From Candidatus Gastranaerophilales bacterium (GTDB lineage: Bacteria; Cyanobacteriota; Vampirovibrionia; Gastranaerophilales; Gastranaerophilaceae), in contig CANQCO010000001.1 of assembly GCA_947589705.1 (NCBI GenBank), positions 1 through 58,973 on the forward strand: a DNA stretch of 58,973 nt. The letters run 5' to 3'. Of this stretch, positions 1 through 10,628 are shown in pieces. The first letter of the stretch is position 1, and every line of letters starts with the position of its first letter. The position numbers were made by a program, and so were the translations under genes. The notes under the pieces are model-generated. The model was not told the origin of the DNA, did no database searches, and saw only the letters and a program-made list of their open reading frames with translations.

Positions 1-60
1 TACGCTCGCACGTACGACGGTTTTCAAGACCGCTCCGATCAACCGCTCCGGCACTCCTCC
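1..60 (-). tRNA. tRNA-Ser(UGA), 5' portion; the 3' part lies beyond the left window edge
   Basis: Reverse complement of 1-60 reads GGAGGAG UG CCGG..CGG A GCGGU CUUGAAA ACCGU followed by CGUACGUGCGAGCGUA. This gives a 7-nt acceptor strand, a D arm, a 5-bp anticodon stem, the loop C-U-UGA-A-A and the start of a long class II variable arm. It is a GC-rich patch in AT-rich DNA. Confidence 0.75.
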
Positions 61-189
61 GGATTTTTTAGAGGTCTCATCTACCCGTTAAGTGTGACTT
101 TTGAAAAGACAATTACCCCTTTTTTCTCGGACAAATATTATATTAATAAAAAAAACTTTTATTGTAAAGCTTTTTTAGTTATTTTAGAA

Positions 190-1161
190 TTATAGATTTT
201 TTTCAAGCCAATTTTTTATATGTGATGAAATATTTGAAGAAAAGAATACATCTTTTTGTTCTTTAAAATACATTAAAACTTCTCTTAAATTATCTGATAT
301 GGGTTTATTGAAATTTTCACTCATCCAGAAAAATTCCATATTAACCTCAATAGAAGAACAACCGATTTTTCTGCAGCGTTTCAGAAATTCTTTTACATCT
401 TTCATATTATCGTTAACAGTTGGAATAATCACATATTTTATAGTAACAAGTGCATTTGGATTTTTCTTTTGAGCTTTTATATATTTCTTTAAATTAGACC
501 AAACTGCGTCATAACCTTTAACCCGTTTAATTGTTTCATAAGTTTTTTTAATACCGGCATCAACAGAAACTTTTAATTTACTGTTTCCAAATTCAAGAGC
601 TTTTCTAATGTCATCTGAATATGTAATTCCTGCACTTAAAAATTCAATAGAGCCGTTTATGGAAAAGACAAAATCAATAAGCCATTTAAGTTCACCATTA
701 GGGTATTCAGCACATTCCCCGCCGCCTATTATAAAGTGACAATGCTTTTTAAATAAATTATTATCTTTCAGTTGATTGAGTAAGGGGCGCACATCATAAG
801 TCTTTTTTGTATTTAAATCTTTTTTAACTTCACTGTTTCCACCACCTGAAATTATACAATATATACAATCACAACTGCAATTGGTTCTGTTTGATACCGA
901 TACATCAATAAACCCAGGTGTTTCATCCCAATCTCTTTCTTCTAAAGTGGGGCAATCCTTGCATTGTTCAGGATAATCACCCTTTTTACATCTTTCAATA
1001 TAGAGTTTTCTGTCATTCAAATATTTTTCAATATCAATAAGTTCACCGTGATAATTTTCTAGGAATGTAAGCTTTTTATCAAAAGAAGCGCAGCAATATG
1101 TTAAATCGTCGGAATTAATAACTAAATGGGAAAGCGCCCATTCGCAGCATTTAAATTTCAT
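190..1161 (-). CDS. radical SAM protein with Cys-rich N-terminal extension (paralog of 38659-39696)
   Basis: CX3CX2C cluster motif in NCSCDCIYC. Shares KYSD..KAL, S.DA..KKTY..IKRV and IKY.IIP.VNDN blocks with the 345-aa ORF at 38659-39696. N-terminal CC/CC/C..C cysteines. Confidence 0.7.
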   Translation of the reverse strand: MKFKCCEWALSHLVINSDDLTYCCASFDKKLTFLENYHGELIDIEKYLNDRKLYIERCKKGDYPEQCKDCPTLEERDWDETPGFIDVSVSNRTNCSCDCIYCIISGGGNSEVKKDLNTKKTYDVRPLLNQLKDNNLFKKHCHFIIGGGECAEYPNGELKWLIDFVFSINGSIEFLSAGITYSDDIRKALEFGNSKLKVSVDAGIKKTYETIKRVKGYDAVWSNLKKYIKAQKKNPNALVTIKYVIIPTVNDNMKDVKEFLKRCRKIGCSSIEVNMEFFWMSENFNKPISDNLREVLMYFKEQKDVFFSSNISSHIKNWLEKNL

Positions 1162-1199
1162 ACTAAAACCCGTTAAGCTAACTTATAATAATCATAAAA

Positions 1200-2189
1200 T
1201 CAATTAAAATATTTATCAATAGTTTTATATTGTTTAAATTTTTCTGCAATCATAGAATAACAAGGCAGATTAACTCCATATTCCTTAGCAAGTTCCAAAA
1301 CAATAAAGAATAGAAAATCTATTTCAGAGTTTTGCCCGATTTTCATATCATGCAAAATGGATGAATAAACATTAGCATCATCTCTTTCTTTATATTTTTC
1401 AAAATTAGCATAGTATTCGTTTAGAAAATTTTTATTTATATCAATATTAAGAGCCTTAGCAAGTATTAAAAGTTCATTACACAAATTTTCAAACATAATA
1501 CGCTTTTCATCCACAATTTGATTTGCATTTATATCAAAATATATACAGCACGCTTCAAAAGGAGAACGTGTAATAAGTCTTTCAAATGAATTTTTATTAA
1601 ATTCATCAGAATTCATAATTGCAGTATTCATGCCTGATTCGGAAAAATCATCTTTTATTTGATAAAGAAGCTTATTATCAGCACAGTTGAAAGAATCGGA
1701 CAAATTAAGTTCAACATATTCTCTCAATTGCAGATATTCAGCATTTTCTCTGTTAAACCATCTGCACTTACCGACGAAATTAGCATCAATAACACAAAGT
1801 TTATTTTTAAGTTTTTTATTTAAAGCATATCCGATACCATAACCGTTAGAAATAGAAAAAACGATTGTATTTTTATGTGAAGCTTTTTCGATTAACGTTA
1901 AAGCAGATAATATGTCGGGGGTTCTAATACATAGTACTATAACATCAGCTTTATCTTTATATGATTTTTCATCCGTGATTTTAATTTTATAAGTATGTTC
2001 GCCTTTAACAGTTGAAGTCAAATGCAAACCTTGTTTTCTTACTGTATTAATAACCGAATCATATTTAGAAATTAAAGTAACATTTTTAGATGCACTATGA
2101 AGGAAACAAGAGAATGTAGCTCCAACTGAACCTGCTCCAATAATTAAATATTTAAGCTTCTTGTTAAGTAGATTATCAAATAATTTCAT
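1200..2189 (-). CDS. ketopantoate reductase (PanE/ApbA) family NAD(P)-dependent oxidoreductase
   Basis: N-terminal Rossmann motif YLIIGAGSVGATF. Length (329 aa) and layout are typical of the 2-dehydropantoate 2-reductase family. Abuts the upstream gene with no gap. Confidence 0.55.
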   Translation of the reverse strand: MKLFDNLLNKKLKYLIIGAGSVGATFSCFLHSASKNVTLISKYDSVINTVRKQGLHLTSTVKGEHTYKIKITDEKSYKDKADVIVLCIRTPDILSALTLIEKASHKNTIVFSISNGYGIGYALNKKLKNKLCVIDANFVGKCRWFNRENAEYLQLREYVELNLSDSFNCADNKLLYQIKDDFSESGMNTAIMNSDEFNKNSFERLITRSPFEACCIYFDINANQIVDEKRIMFENLCNELLILAKALNIDINKNFLNEYYANFEKYKERDDANVYSSILHDMKIGQNSEIDFLFFIVLELAKEYGVNLPCYSMIAEKFKQYKTIDKYFN

Positions 2190-2873
2190 TTATGTACTCA
2201 TATTTTTTAAATTATTATGGATAATAAAATCAGCCCCCGTTGATTTTTTAATATCATCAATTGAGAATAACGGGTTGATTTCCGTTAAAATAAGTCCCTG
2301 TGAGAAAACATTAAAGACAGCTCTTTCCGTAACAATCATATCAACTTCCCGATAAGCTGTAAGAGGAAGCGAGCATTTTTTTACTATTTTACTGGAACCG
2401 TCATTTGATGTATGAGTCATAGCCACAATAACTCTTTTAGAGCCGACAATTAAATCCATAGAGCCGCCGATTCCGGGGACAAATTTACCGGGGATTTGCC
2501 AGCTTGCTATACTTCCTTCAGAATCAACCTCTAAAGCACCTAATACTGTTGCGTCAATATGACCGCCTCTCATAATGGTAAAAGCCATTTGAGAATCATA
2601 GAAGCACGCACCTTCATTTACATTAACGTAAGTTCCGCCTGCATTAACAACTTTTTTATTATAATTAGGTCCGACCTGATTTTTTCCCATACCCAAAATA
2701 CCGTTTTCGGATTGAAAGATAATATGAAGATTTTCTTCAACATAGTTAGCGGCTTCTGTTGGAAGTCCAATACCTAAAGTTACAATGTCATTAGGTTTAA
2801 ATTCTTTTGCAATTCTTCTTGCAATAATTTCTTTTATTTTATCTTTACTCAAATCAACAATAGAGGCAATCAT
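2190..2873 (-). CDS. family I CoA-transferase, subunit B (AtoA/ScoB-like)
   Basis: Conserved SENG catalytic-glutamate motif (IIFQSENGILGMG). 227 aa. The start overlaps the subunit A stop by 1 nt (TAATG). Confidence 0.8.
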   Translation of the reverse strand: MIASIVDLSKDKIKEIIARRIAKEFKPNDIVTLGIGLPTEAANYVEENLHIIFQSENGILGMGKNQVGPNYNKKVVNAGGTYVNVNEGACFYDSQMAFTIMRGGHIDATVLGALEVDSEGSIASWQIPGKFVPGIGGSMDLIVGSKRVIVAMTHTSNDGSSKIVKKCSLPLTAYREVDMIVTERAVFNVFSQGLILTEINPLFSIDDIKKSTGADFIIHNNLKNMST

Positions 2874-3523
2874 TAAACTTCACCGCCTTTAACAATATAA
2901 TCTATAAAGATACCCGGGATTACAACACTATCAGGATTTAGGCAATCAACCAGTTCTTCCGCCTGAACAATAACGGTCTCAGCTGCTGTAGCCATAGAAG
3001 TATTAAAGTTTCTGGTAGTACCTTCAAACATTACATTACCGAATTTATCAACCTTAGAACCGTAAATAATAGCGAAATCAGCACCTAAAGGTTCTTCAAA
3101 AATAAATTTTTTACCTTTTATTTCAACTGTTTTTTTACCTTCTTCAAGAATAGTTCCAATACCTGTAGGAGTAAGAACTCCACCCAAGCCAGAACCCTTT
3201 GCGTGAATTTTTTCGACTAAAGTTCCCATCGGATAAAATTCAACTTCAAGTTCACCCGATTTCATTTTTTCACCCGTAATCGGATTTGTTCCTATATGAG
3301 TGGTTATAACTTTTTTGACGAGTCCGTTTTTTATTAGCTTCCCCTTATCAACGTCCTGAAAAGAGGTATCATTACAAATCATAGTAAGATTATTGATTTT
3401 CTGTTCAACAATAGCGTCAATAATTTTATCGGGAGCGCCGCAACTTAAAAACCCGCCGACCATAATTGTTGATCCGTTTTTTATAAGAGAGGCTGCTTCT
3501 TTTGCTGATATTATTTGCTTCAA
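2873..3523 (-). CDS. family I CoA-transferase, subunit A (AtoD/ScoA-like)
   Basis: N-terminus KEAASLIKNGSTIMVGGF..CG.P is typical of 3-oxoacid/acetate CoA-transferase alpha subunits. 216 aa, directly upstream of subunit B. Confidence 0.8.
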   Translation of the reverse strand: MKQIISAKEAASLIKNGSTIMVGGFLSCGAPDKIIDAIVEQKINNLTMICNDTSFQDVDKGKLIKNGLVKKVITTHIGTNPITGEKMKSGELEVEFYPMGTLVEKIHAKGSGLGGVLTPTGIGTILEEGKKTVEIKGKKFIFEEPLGADFAIIYGSKVDKFGNVMFEGTTRNFNTSMATAAETVIVQAEELVDCLNPDSVVIPGIFIDYIVKGGEV

Positions 3524-3678
3524 AAATAGTCCAATCTTTTTTATTTACTTTTAATTTTTATATAATTATACATTAAAATTATATTTTTTTTTATTTTTTA
3601 ATATTAATGGATTTTAACTAAAGTTTATTTTATTTTATCCGATAAATATAATATAGGAATGTAAGGAATTTTTTATTT

Positions 3679-6600
3679 ATGGATTTTAATGAAATAAAAA
3701 AAATAAAAATTAATATAAACCAATCTTTACCTAAAAAACAGGAAAATATAATTAAAAGTGATGATAATAATATAGCTTATGAACACAACAATTCTCCTGT
3801 TGATCCTTTATACTGGCAAAAAACCTCCGGTATAAATAATCAAGATATATCATTTGGCTCTTCTGAAAAATCTAATCTAAATGATAGTGAATTTATAGAT
3901 GAATGTATAACTAAAATAAAATTCTTTGCTTATTCCGTTAATAAAACACCTGATGAAGAATATTTCAGACAAACTCTTCAAAATATACTTCCATTAGGTA
4001 AAGAAGCGGTGGAACTTTATGTAAATATGGTTTGTTATTTAGAATATGACAAAAAGAATGATAATTCAGAAGAAAATATAAAAAAAGAAAATATATCCGA
4101 TTTCGTTTTAAGATTGGGAAATTCACCCGACCAAATAAAAAAACTAAATTATCTTTCAATGCCTAATTTTCTAACTACTGAAACAATGTCATTAATTATA
4201 AATAATGATTGTGAACAGATTGACACTGAAACAATAAAACATATAATTGATGAGTTATATAAGGATAAGAGTAAAGCTGACATTATAAATTTATTATCTT
4301 CCGATAAAAATATTACAAATGCAGATATTACAAATAAAGATATATTAAATGTATTACAATTTAAATTTGATTCTAAAAAAGAAACTCAAAATGATAGTCA
4401 ATTATTTATGAAGGTTCTTGAATCTTTAAAGCAAAAAATAGAAAAAAATGATTCTGTATTTTGTAATATTGAATATTTGTTAAATTTTTTCTCTATGTTA
4501 AATAGCGAAAATGTTGAGGCATTACTTGAAACAACAAAAAATATGTCTTTGGATGATACAATTGATGAGGCAAAAAAATTCACAAATCCGGTAACAAAAA
4601 AATATGATACAGATTTAAAATCTTTTTATGAAAAATTAAAAGACTACGGTATATCAGATGATTATAGAAAAGATTTGGCATTTGAATGTGTAGACTGTGA
4701 AACGGGTGAAATTAGTCCTGTAGCTCTTGATTTTTTGAATTTTATTTTTCCTGATAAATTTTCTGTTAAAACTAAATTTATAAATAAAATTCAAGATTTC
4801 AGTATGAAAGCAAGTTCGTATGCTATATTAATTAATAATATTCCTAAAAGAAATAGAGATATAATTCCATTGATTAAATGTTTAAAGGACAATAATCAAA
4901 AATTTGAATTAAAAAATTTAATATATTTGAAAAAATATATATTAATGGCTGAAACTAAAAATTATAAAAATATCTGTGAAGTATTCAAATTGATGAAGGA
5001 CGAAAATGGAATAATAGATAATGATAAATATATGTTAGGAAAAAATATAACAAAATTAATGGACTCGCCGGATGACGCTTTGCCTGTCCTTGAAAAATTA
5101 TTTAATTTCCCTAATTCAAAACAAAAAAATATATATGATATTTGTAGAAGTATTTGGAATAAACGTGATTTAGAAAAGAATTTAAAAGAATATTTAGAAT
5201 ATTGTTTTACTGAAGATGGTATGCCTATCCAAAAAAATATAGACTATATTCACCAAATTCACAAAATTAATCCTAATCAAAGCTTAGATAAAAATGTAAT
5301 TGATATGTTTAGAGAATCACCCGATAGTAAAAATTTTGTGTTTGAAGTATTAAAAAATATGGATAAAGATGATGATATAGGTCTAATTCGATTAGGTAAA
5401 ATTTACAATACCTATAAACAAAACAATAAAACTATTCCTCTAGAAATAAAGGGATATATATTAAAATATGTCAAGAAAGTTCACTGTTTAGATGGTTTTT
5501 CTAGAATATATGATTATTGTAGTAGAAATGGAAGTTTTGATTATGCAAACTATAATAAAATTTTAAACTTTATTGGGTTGATTTCATTCAAATCGTTGGA
5601 GCCTGTTGTTAAAGATAATTTACTTGAAATAGTTACTGAAAATTTAAAACCTGAAGAAATTAATTTCAAGATGAGAGTTTCTCTTCTGAATTCACTGCAA
5701 AAAATTACAAAATCTACTAATGCAAATGAAAATGAAATTGAAGAATATAAATATATATTAAAAGTTATTTCTGATATAGAAAAAAGTATAAATCAAACCA
5801 ATATATCTAATCCGATAAATGAAACAGATAGAAAAAATTTTATATCTAATATTTTGATATCAAATTCCAATAATACCCCTACCGAATTTGAAAAAATAAT
5901 GGCAGATTCTATTCCTGTTTTTAAAACATTTAAAACAGGAATTCCATTAACATATTCAAGAAAAGAATTTTTAGAAGATTTAAGTGAACTGTGTGATAAT
6001 CAAGAAAAACTTAATATACTTACAAAAAAAACAGGTATAACACCTATAATAACTGATAGTAATAATATAACAGGATATAATGGATTATTGAATTTAAATA
6101 AATTAGATTTAAATAATCCGTTTGAAAAACAACTATATGGAATAATAAATAAGTTTATATATCAAAATGAAGTTAATACAGGAAACAAACCATTAGATAA
6201 AGAACTTAATTATATTATTAAAGCTTGTCCTGAATTTATTAATATAATAGGGAAAGTTCAACATGGGACTCATGATTATACATTGGATATTCACTCTTTA
6301 TTAGTATTAGCAAATTCAATAAACAATCCTAATTATAGGATAAAATTAAATGAAACTGATAGAACTGTAATAAAATTTGCTTGTTTATTCCATGATATAA
6401 CTAAAATTGAAAATACAAAAGATAAAGGTCATCAATATCAATCAGCTATTTATGCAGGAAGTATATTAAAAAAATTCAGTAATAGTATAGAATTAAACGA
6501 TAGATTATGTGAAATAATAAAAAATCATCACTGGCTGGAAGAATATTCTGAGAGTCCAAATAAAGAACATGAAGCTAAAAAGCTTGCATTTAGTTTTAGA

Positions 6601-7542
6601 CGTCCTAATGATTTTGAAATAGCTAAAATAGTGGCTAATGCAGATTTAATGTCAGTTAGTGATAAATTCTATAATGAGAATAAAGAACAACTTAATGAGA
6701 ATAATTTAGAACTTATACAGAAAAAACTTGATTTTTTGTATTCTACAGGTAATGCTGTTTTTACTGATTATATAATTTCACCAAGTAAATTAAAACAGCA
6801 TACGATTACTAAAAATGGTGTTGAATATAATGTAATAGATTTTAATAAAATTAAAGATAATGAGGATTTATCAGATTACGGATTTAATTACATGAAAAAA
6901 GATGATGTAAGATTTCTTGTTCATATGGTTGAAGACGATAACTTGTATGAAGATTTAAATACTGCACGAATACTTACTTCACCATTCAATGGTGGAATAT
7001 TATCAGAATCTATTATTTCTCCAAAATATCAAAGAACTTATTCTAATAGAAAATTTGGTTTATTACTTTCTCAAATTAATACAAATATAATTAATGAAAA
7101 CAGAGCAAATCAAAAAAGTGGTAAACAAAAAGGATTTAGTGATCTTATTCAATTATTATACAATGATTTAAAATTAAATTTACGAATGAACTTTAGGAAT
7201 AGTCTATTAAAAAATTTAGGAATAGATTTAAATGAAGTTAGTGATGAAGATTATGGCGAATTTTATAAAAATGTTCTTGCTTCAAAAACATCTTTAAGCC
7301 AAATCAATCCTCAAACAAATTATAAAATAGGTAAATATTCTTTTACCGGACAAACTTTGATTAATGCAATAAAAAAATATCAAGACAATTTAATAGATTC
7401 AAAAGAAAATAATCATAATGAAATAGTAGGATATACTCCAAAAATAAAAGGATTAATAGCAAAAGTAAAAAGTTTTGATGAACTTCCTGAGGATTTTTTA
7501 CAATTTGCTCGCGAAAATAATTATCCTATAATATTAATATGA
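3679..7542 (+). CDS. 1287-aa Asn/Lys/Ile-rich protein with one internal HD-superfamily phosphohydrolase domain
   Basis: Uninterrupted 3.9-kb ORF. HD signature H..H(x~30)LFHDITK(x~20)H(x~25)KNHHW around nt 6250-6680. The rest has no motif I recognise. No signal peptide. Confidence 0.6.
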   Translation: MDFNEIKKIKININQSLPKKQENIIKSDDNNIAYEHNNSPVDPLYWQKTSGINNQDISFGSSEKSNLNDSEFIDECITKIKFFAYSVNKTPDEEYFRQTLQNILPLGKEAVELYVNMVCYLEYDKKNDNSEENIKKENISDFVLRLGNSPDQIKKLNYLSMPNFLTTETMSLIINNDCEQIDTETIKHIIDELYKDKSKADIINLLSSDKNITNADITNKDILNVLQFKFDSKKETQNDSQLFMKVLESLKQKIEKNDSVFCNIEYLLNFFSMLNSENVEALLETTKNMSLDDTIDEAKKFTNPVTKKYDTDLKSFYEKLKDYGISDDYRKDLAFECVDCETGEISPVALDFLNFIFPDKFSVKTKFINKIQDFSMKASSYAILINNIPKRNRDIIPLIKCLKDNNQKFELKNLIYLKKYILMAETKNYKNICEVFKLMKDENGIIDNDKYMLGKNITKLMDSPDDALPVLEKLFNFPNSKQKNIYDICRSIWNKRDLEKNLKEYLEYCFTEDGMPIQKNIDYIHQIHKINPNQSLDKNVIDMFRESPDSKNFVFEVLKNMDKDDDIGLIRLGKIYNTYKQNNKTIPLEIKGYILKYVKKVHCLDGFSRIYDYCSRNGSFDYANYNKILNFIGLISFKSLEPVVKDNLLEIVTENLKPEEINFKMRVSLLNSLQKITKSTNANENEIEEYKYILKVISDIEKSINQTNISNPINETDRKNFISNILISNSNNTPTEFEKIMADSIPVFKTFKTGIPLTYSRKEFLEDLSELCDNQEKLNILTKKTGITPIITDSNNITGYNGLLNLNKLDLNNPFEKQLYGIINKFIYQNEVNTGNKPLDKELNYIIKACPEFINIIGKVQHGTHDYTLDIHSLLVLANSINNPNYRIKLNETDRTVIKFACLFHDITKIENTKDKGHQYQSAIYAGSILKKFSNSIELNDRLCEIIKNHHWLEEYSESPNKEHEAKKLAFSFRRPNDFEIAKIVANADLMSVSDKFYNENKEQLNENNLELIQKKLDFLYSTGNAVFTDYIISPSKLKQHTITKNGVEYNVIDFNKIKDNEDLSDYGFNYMKKDDVRFLVHMVEDDNLYEDLNTARILTSPFNGGILSESIISPKYQRTYSNRKFGLLLSQINTNIINENRANQKSGKQKGFSDLIQLLYNDLKLNLRMNFRNSLLKNLGIDLNEVSDEDYGEFYKNVLASKTSLSQINPQTNYKIGKYSFTGQTLINAIKKYQDNLIDSKENNHNEIVGYTPKIKGLIAKVKSFDELPEDFLQFARENNYPIILI

Positions 7543-8444
7543 GCGAAATAAAAATATGTTTTACAGTTGATAATAATTATGCGCAATATATTGGAAGTGC
7601 AATGGCTTCTGTTTTGTGTAATGCAGATAGTAATGATAAACTGACTTTTTATATTATCAGCTCTGATATTACAGAAGAAAATAAAGAAAAAATAAATAAT
7701 TTAAAGCGGATAAAAGATTTTAACATTGAATATATTAAACCTAAAGAAGATGAATTTAGCGAATTTAAGAAAATAAAAACAACGGGCTATCTGCCTCTTA
7801 CGTCATTTTACAGACTTAAACTTGCGAGTTATATAAATGAAGACAAAATAATATACTTAGACCCTGATTTAATCGTCAATTCAAGTCTGGAAGAATTATA
7901 CAATACTAATGTTGAACAATATTTTATGGGTGCAATAGCCGATATCGGGAGCAAAAGATATCACAAGAGAAATCAACTGAAACAAAAGTTTTATATAAAT
8001 TCAGGAGTACTATTAATAAATTTGAAAAAATGGCGTCAGGAGAATGCTGAAGAAATATTTATTAAGTGTGCTAAAAATAATCAAAATGTATTTATATTGG
8101 GTGATCAGGATATATTAAATAAAGCATTTGACGGTAAAATATTAAAATTGGACAGCAAATGGAATGTCCAAGTTTCAAATTATACTTCACGCTCAAATTA
8201 TTCTTTAAAATTTAACATACTGCACTACACCGGACCGCAAAAACCTTGGAAATATGGAGCATATACGCCGTTTAAAGAATATTATTTTAAATATTCAACT
8301 CTAACCGATTGGGAAACACCTGATAAAAAATGGCAAAAAGAATCAAATTTAAAAAGTTATATTAATTATTTCAGACATAGACCTTTATTTATATTCAGAC
8401 CCGGCTTTATTAAAGCGGTTTATTATTATATGTTAAAAAAATAA
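7539..8444 (+). CDS. glycosyltransferase family 8 (LPS/glycogenin-type retaining GT)
   Basis: N-terminus ICFTVDNNYAQY, DxD motif in YLDPDLIV, then INSGVLLINL and LGDQDILN blocks typical of GT8. The ATG overlaps the upstream stop (ATGA). Confidence 0.75.
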   Translation: MSEIKICFTVDNNYAQYIGSAMASVLCNADSNDKLTFYIISSDITEENKEKINNLKRIKDFNIEYIKPKEDEFSEFKKIKTTGYLPLTSFYRLKLASYINEDKIIYLDPDLIVNSSLEELYNTNVEQYFMGAIADIGSKRYHKRNQLKQKFYINSGVLLINLKKWRQENAEEIFIKCAKNNQNVFILGDQDILNKAFDGKILKLDSKWNVQVSNYTSRSNYSLKFNILHYTGPQKPWKYGAYTPFKEYYFKYSTLTDWETPDKKWQKESNLKSYINYFRHRPLFIFRPGFIKAVYYYMLKK

Positions 8445-8535
8445 AATAAAAATTTACATTTGAATTAAAAATATAATCATGACAATGTATTTATGATATA
8501 ATTTTTAAACAAAATTTTGGGATATGGAGATAAAA

Positions 8536-10617
8536 ATGTTAAATACGGAGATTGAAAAATCTTCTTTTTATGAAGATTTTAAATCAGGTAAATGGCAAAG
8601 TGAAATTAATGTTAGGGATTTTATACAGAATAACTATACGCCTTATGAAGGAGACGCAAGCTTTTTAACTAATCCGACTCAGGCTACTATGGATTTGTGG
8701 CAGGAGTGCTGTGATTTATTTAAGCAGGAGAGAGAAAATAACGGCGTCCTTGATATGGATACACATATTGTATCAACAATAACCTCTCACAGCGCAGGTT
8801 ATATAAATAAAAATTTAGAAGTTATAGTAGGTCTTCAAACGGATAAGCCGTTAAAAAGGTCACTGCAGCCATTTGGCGGAATAAGAATGGCAGAAACAGC
8901 CTGTAAATCTTATGGTTATATGGTGGATAGAGAAATTTCGGAAATCTTTAACAAATACAGAAAAACTCATAATCAAGGCGTATTTGATGTTTATACACCC
9001 GAGATGAAAGCGGCAAGACATTCTGCCATAATAACAGGGCTTCCTGACGCATACGGCAGAGGCAGAATTATAGGTGACTACAGAAGAGTAGCCCTATATG
9101 GTATCGACAGGCTAATTGAAGATAAACAAAATCAATTTAAATCACTTGAAGGGGAAATGACTCCTGATAGAATCCAATTAAGAGAAGAAATTACTGACCA
9201 GATAAAAGCTCTTGAAGAAATGAAAGAGTTAGGTAAAATTTACGGTTTTGATATATCAAAACCCGCTCAAAACGCAAAAGAGGCTGTTCAATGGTTATAT
9301 TTCGGATATCTGTCAGCCGTAAAAGAGCAAAACGGTGCTGCTATGAGTATCGGAAGAACATCTACTTTCTTAGATATATTTATTGAAAGAGATTTGAAAA
9401 ACGGTATTATTACAGAAGAACAGGCGCAAGAATTAATTGACCAGTTTATAATGAAATTGAGACTTGTAAAATTTGCAAGAACGCCTGAATATAACGAACT
9501 CTTTTCAGGCGATCCAACTTGGGTAACAGAATCCATTGCTGGTATGGGCGTTGACGGTAGACCATTGGTTACAAAAAATTCTTTCAGATACCTTCATACG
9601 CTTGAAAATTTAGGTACATCCCCGGAGCCAAACTTAACGGTATTATGGGCAAAGAACTTACCGCATAACTTTAAAGAATACTGTGCAAAAATTTCCATAA
9701 CTACCTCATCCATTCAATATGAAAATGATGATTTAATGAGAGCTGTTCATGGTGATGATTACGCAATTGCCTGCTGCGTTTCATCTATGGTTGTAGGGAA
9801 AGAAATGCAATTTTTCGGTGCAAGAGCAAACCTTGCAAAATGCTTGTTATATGCGATTAACGGCGGTGTTGACGAAAGATTGAAAGTTCAGGTAGGGCCT
9901 AAATATCAGCCTGTTACATCAGAGTATCTTGACTATAATGAAGTAATGGAAAAGTATGATGCGATGATGGAGTGGCTTGCCGGGCTGTATGTAAATACTT
10001 TAAATGTAATTCATTATATGCACGACAAATACTGTTATGAAAAAGCACAAATGGCTTTAATGGATAGAGATGTTAAAAGATATTTTGCAACGGGTATTGC
10101 AGGTTTATCCGTTGTGGCAGACTCACTTTCAGCTATTAAATATGCAAAAGTTAAAACAATACGTGATGAAAACGGTATAGTTATTGACTATGAAACAGAA
10201 GGAGAGTTTCCTAAATATGGAAACAACGATGACAGAGTTGATGAAATAGCCGTAAATATTGTTAAAACATTTATGGAAAAAATAAGAAAACACTATACTT
10301 ATAGAAATTCAATACCTACAATGTCAATATTAACGATAACATCAAATGTTGTATACGGGAAAAAGACAGGCAACACACCTGACGGAAGGAAAGAAGGAGT
10401 ACCGCTTGCCCCAGGAGCTAATCCAATGCACGGACGCGATACCCATGGAGCTTTAGCTTCACTGTCATCCGTTGCAAAACTTCCATTCCACGACGCACAA
10501 GACGGTATTTCAAATACTTTCTCTATAATTCCTGACGCTTTAGGTAAGGATGAAGTATTTATGGGCGATTTGATGGTTAATTTAGATTGCGGATGCTGTG
10601 AGAATAATAATTATTAG
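8536..10617 (+). CDS. pflB: pyruvate formate-lyase (glycyl-radical enzyme), large fragment that ends before the glycyl-radical loop
   Basis: Collinear by eye with E. coli PflB from [20 protein letters not shown] through the catalytic IACCVS (Cys-Cys) to SVAKLPF...DGIS.TFSI.P.ALGKDEV. It then diverges and stops (TAG 10615-10617). Start placed at ATG 8536 (GGAGA 6 nt upstream). ATG 8524 is an alternative. Confidence 0.85.
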   Translation: MLNTEIEKSSFYEDFKSGKWQSEINVRDFIQNNYTPYEGDASFLTNPTQATMDLWQECCDLFKQERENNGVLDMDTHIVSTITSHSAGYINKNLEVIVGLQTDKPLKRSLQPFGGIRMAETACKSYGYMVDREISEIFNKYRKTHNQGVFDVYTPEMKAARHSAIITGLPDAYGRGRIIGDYRRVALYGIDRLIEDKQNQFKSLEGEMTPDRIQLREEITDQIKALEEMKELGKIYGFDISKPAQNAKEAVQWLYFGYLSAVKEQNGAAMSIGRTSTFLDIFIERDLKNGIITEEQAQELIDQFIMKLRLVKFARTPEYNELFSGDPTWVTESIAGMGVDGRPLVTKNSFRYLHTLENLGTSPEPNLTVLWAKNLPHNFKEYCAKISITTSSIQYENDDLMRAVHGDDYAIACCVSSMVVGKEMQFFGARANLAKCLLYAINGGVDERLKVQVGPKYQPVTSEYLDYNEVMEKYDAMMEWLAGLYVNTLNVIHYMHDKYCYEKAQMALMDRDVKRYFATGIAGLSVVADSLSAIKYAKVKTIRDENGIVIDYETEGEFPKYGNNDDRVDEIAVNIVKTFMEKIRKHYTYRNSIPTMSILTITSNVVYGKKTGNTPDGRKEGVPLAPGANPMHGRDTHGALASLSSVAKLPFHDAQDGISNTFSIIPDALGKDEVFMGDLMVNLDCGCCENNNY

Positions 10618-10628
10618 GAGATTTGATT

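Noticed and set aside
61-189. Relatively GC-richer stretch between the radical SAM stop and the tRNA-Ser 5' end, considered as a possible second tRNA or small RNA.
   Set aside because: No cloverleaf or stable hairpin could be folded by eye. It is more likely the tRNA promoter/leader. On the minus strand there is TTTACA-N17-TAATAT around 165-137, a weak call.
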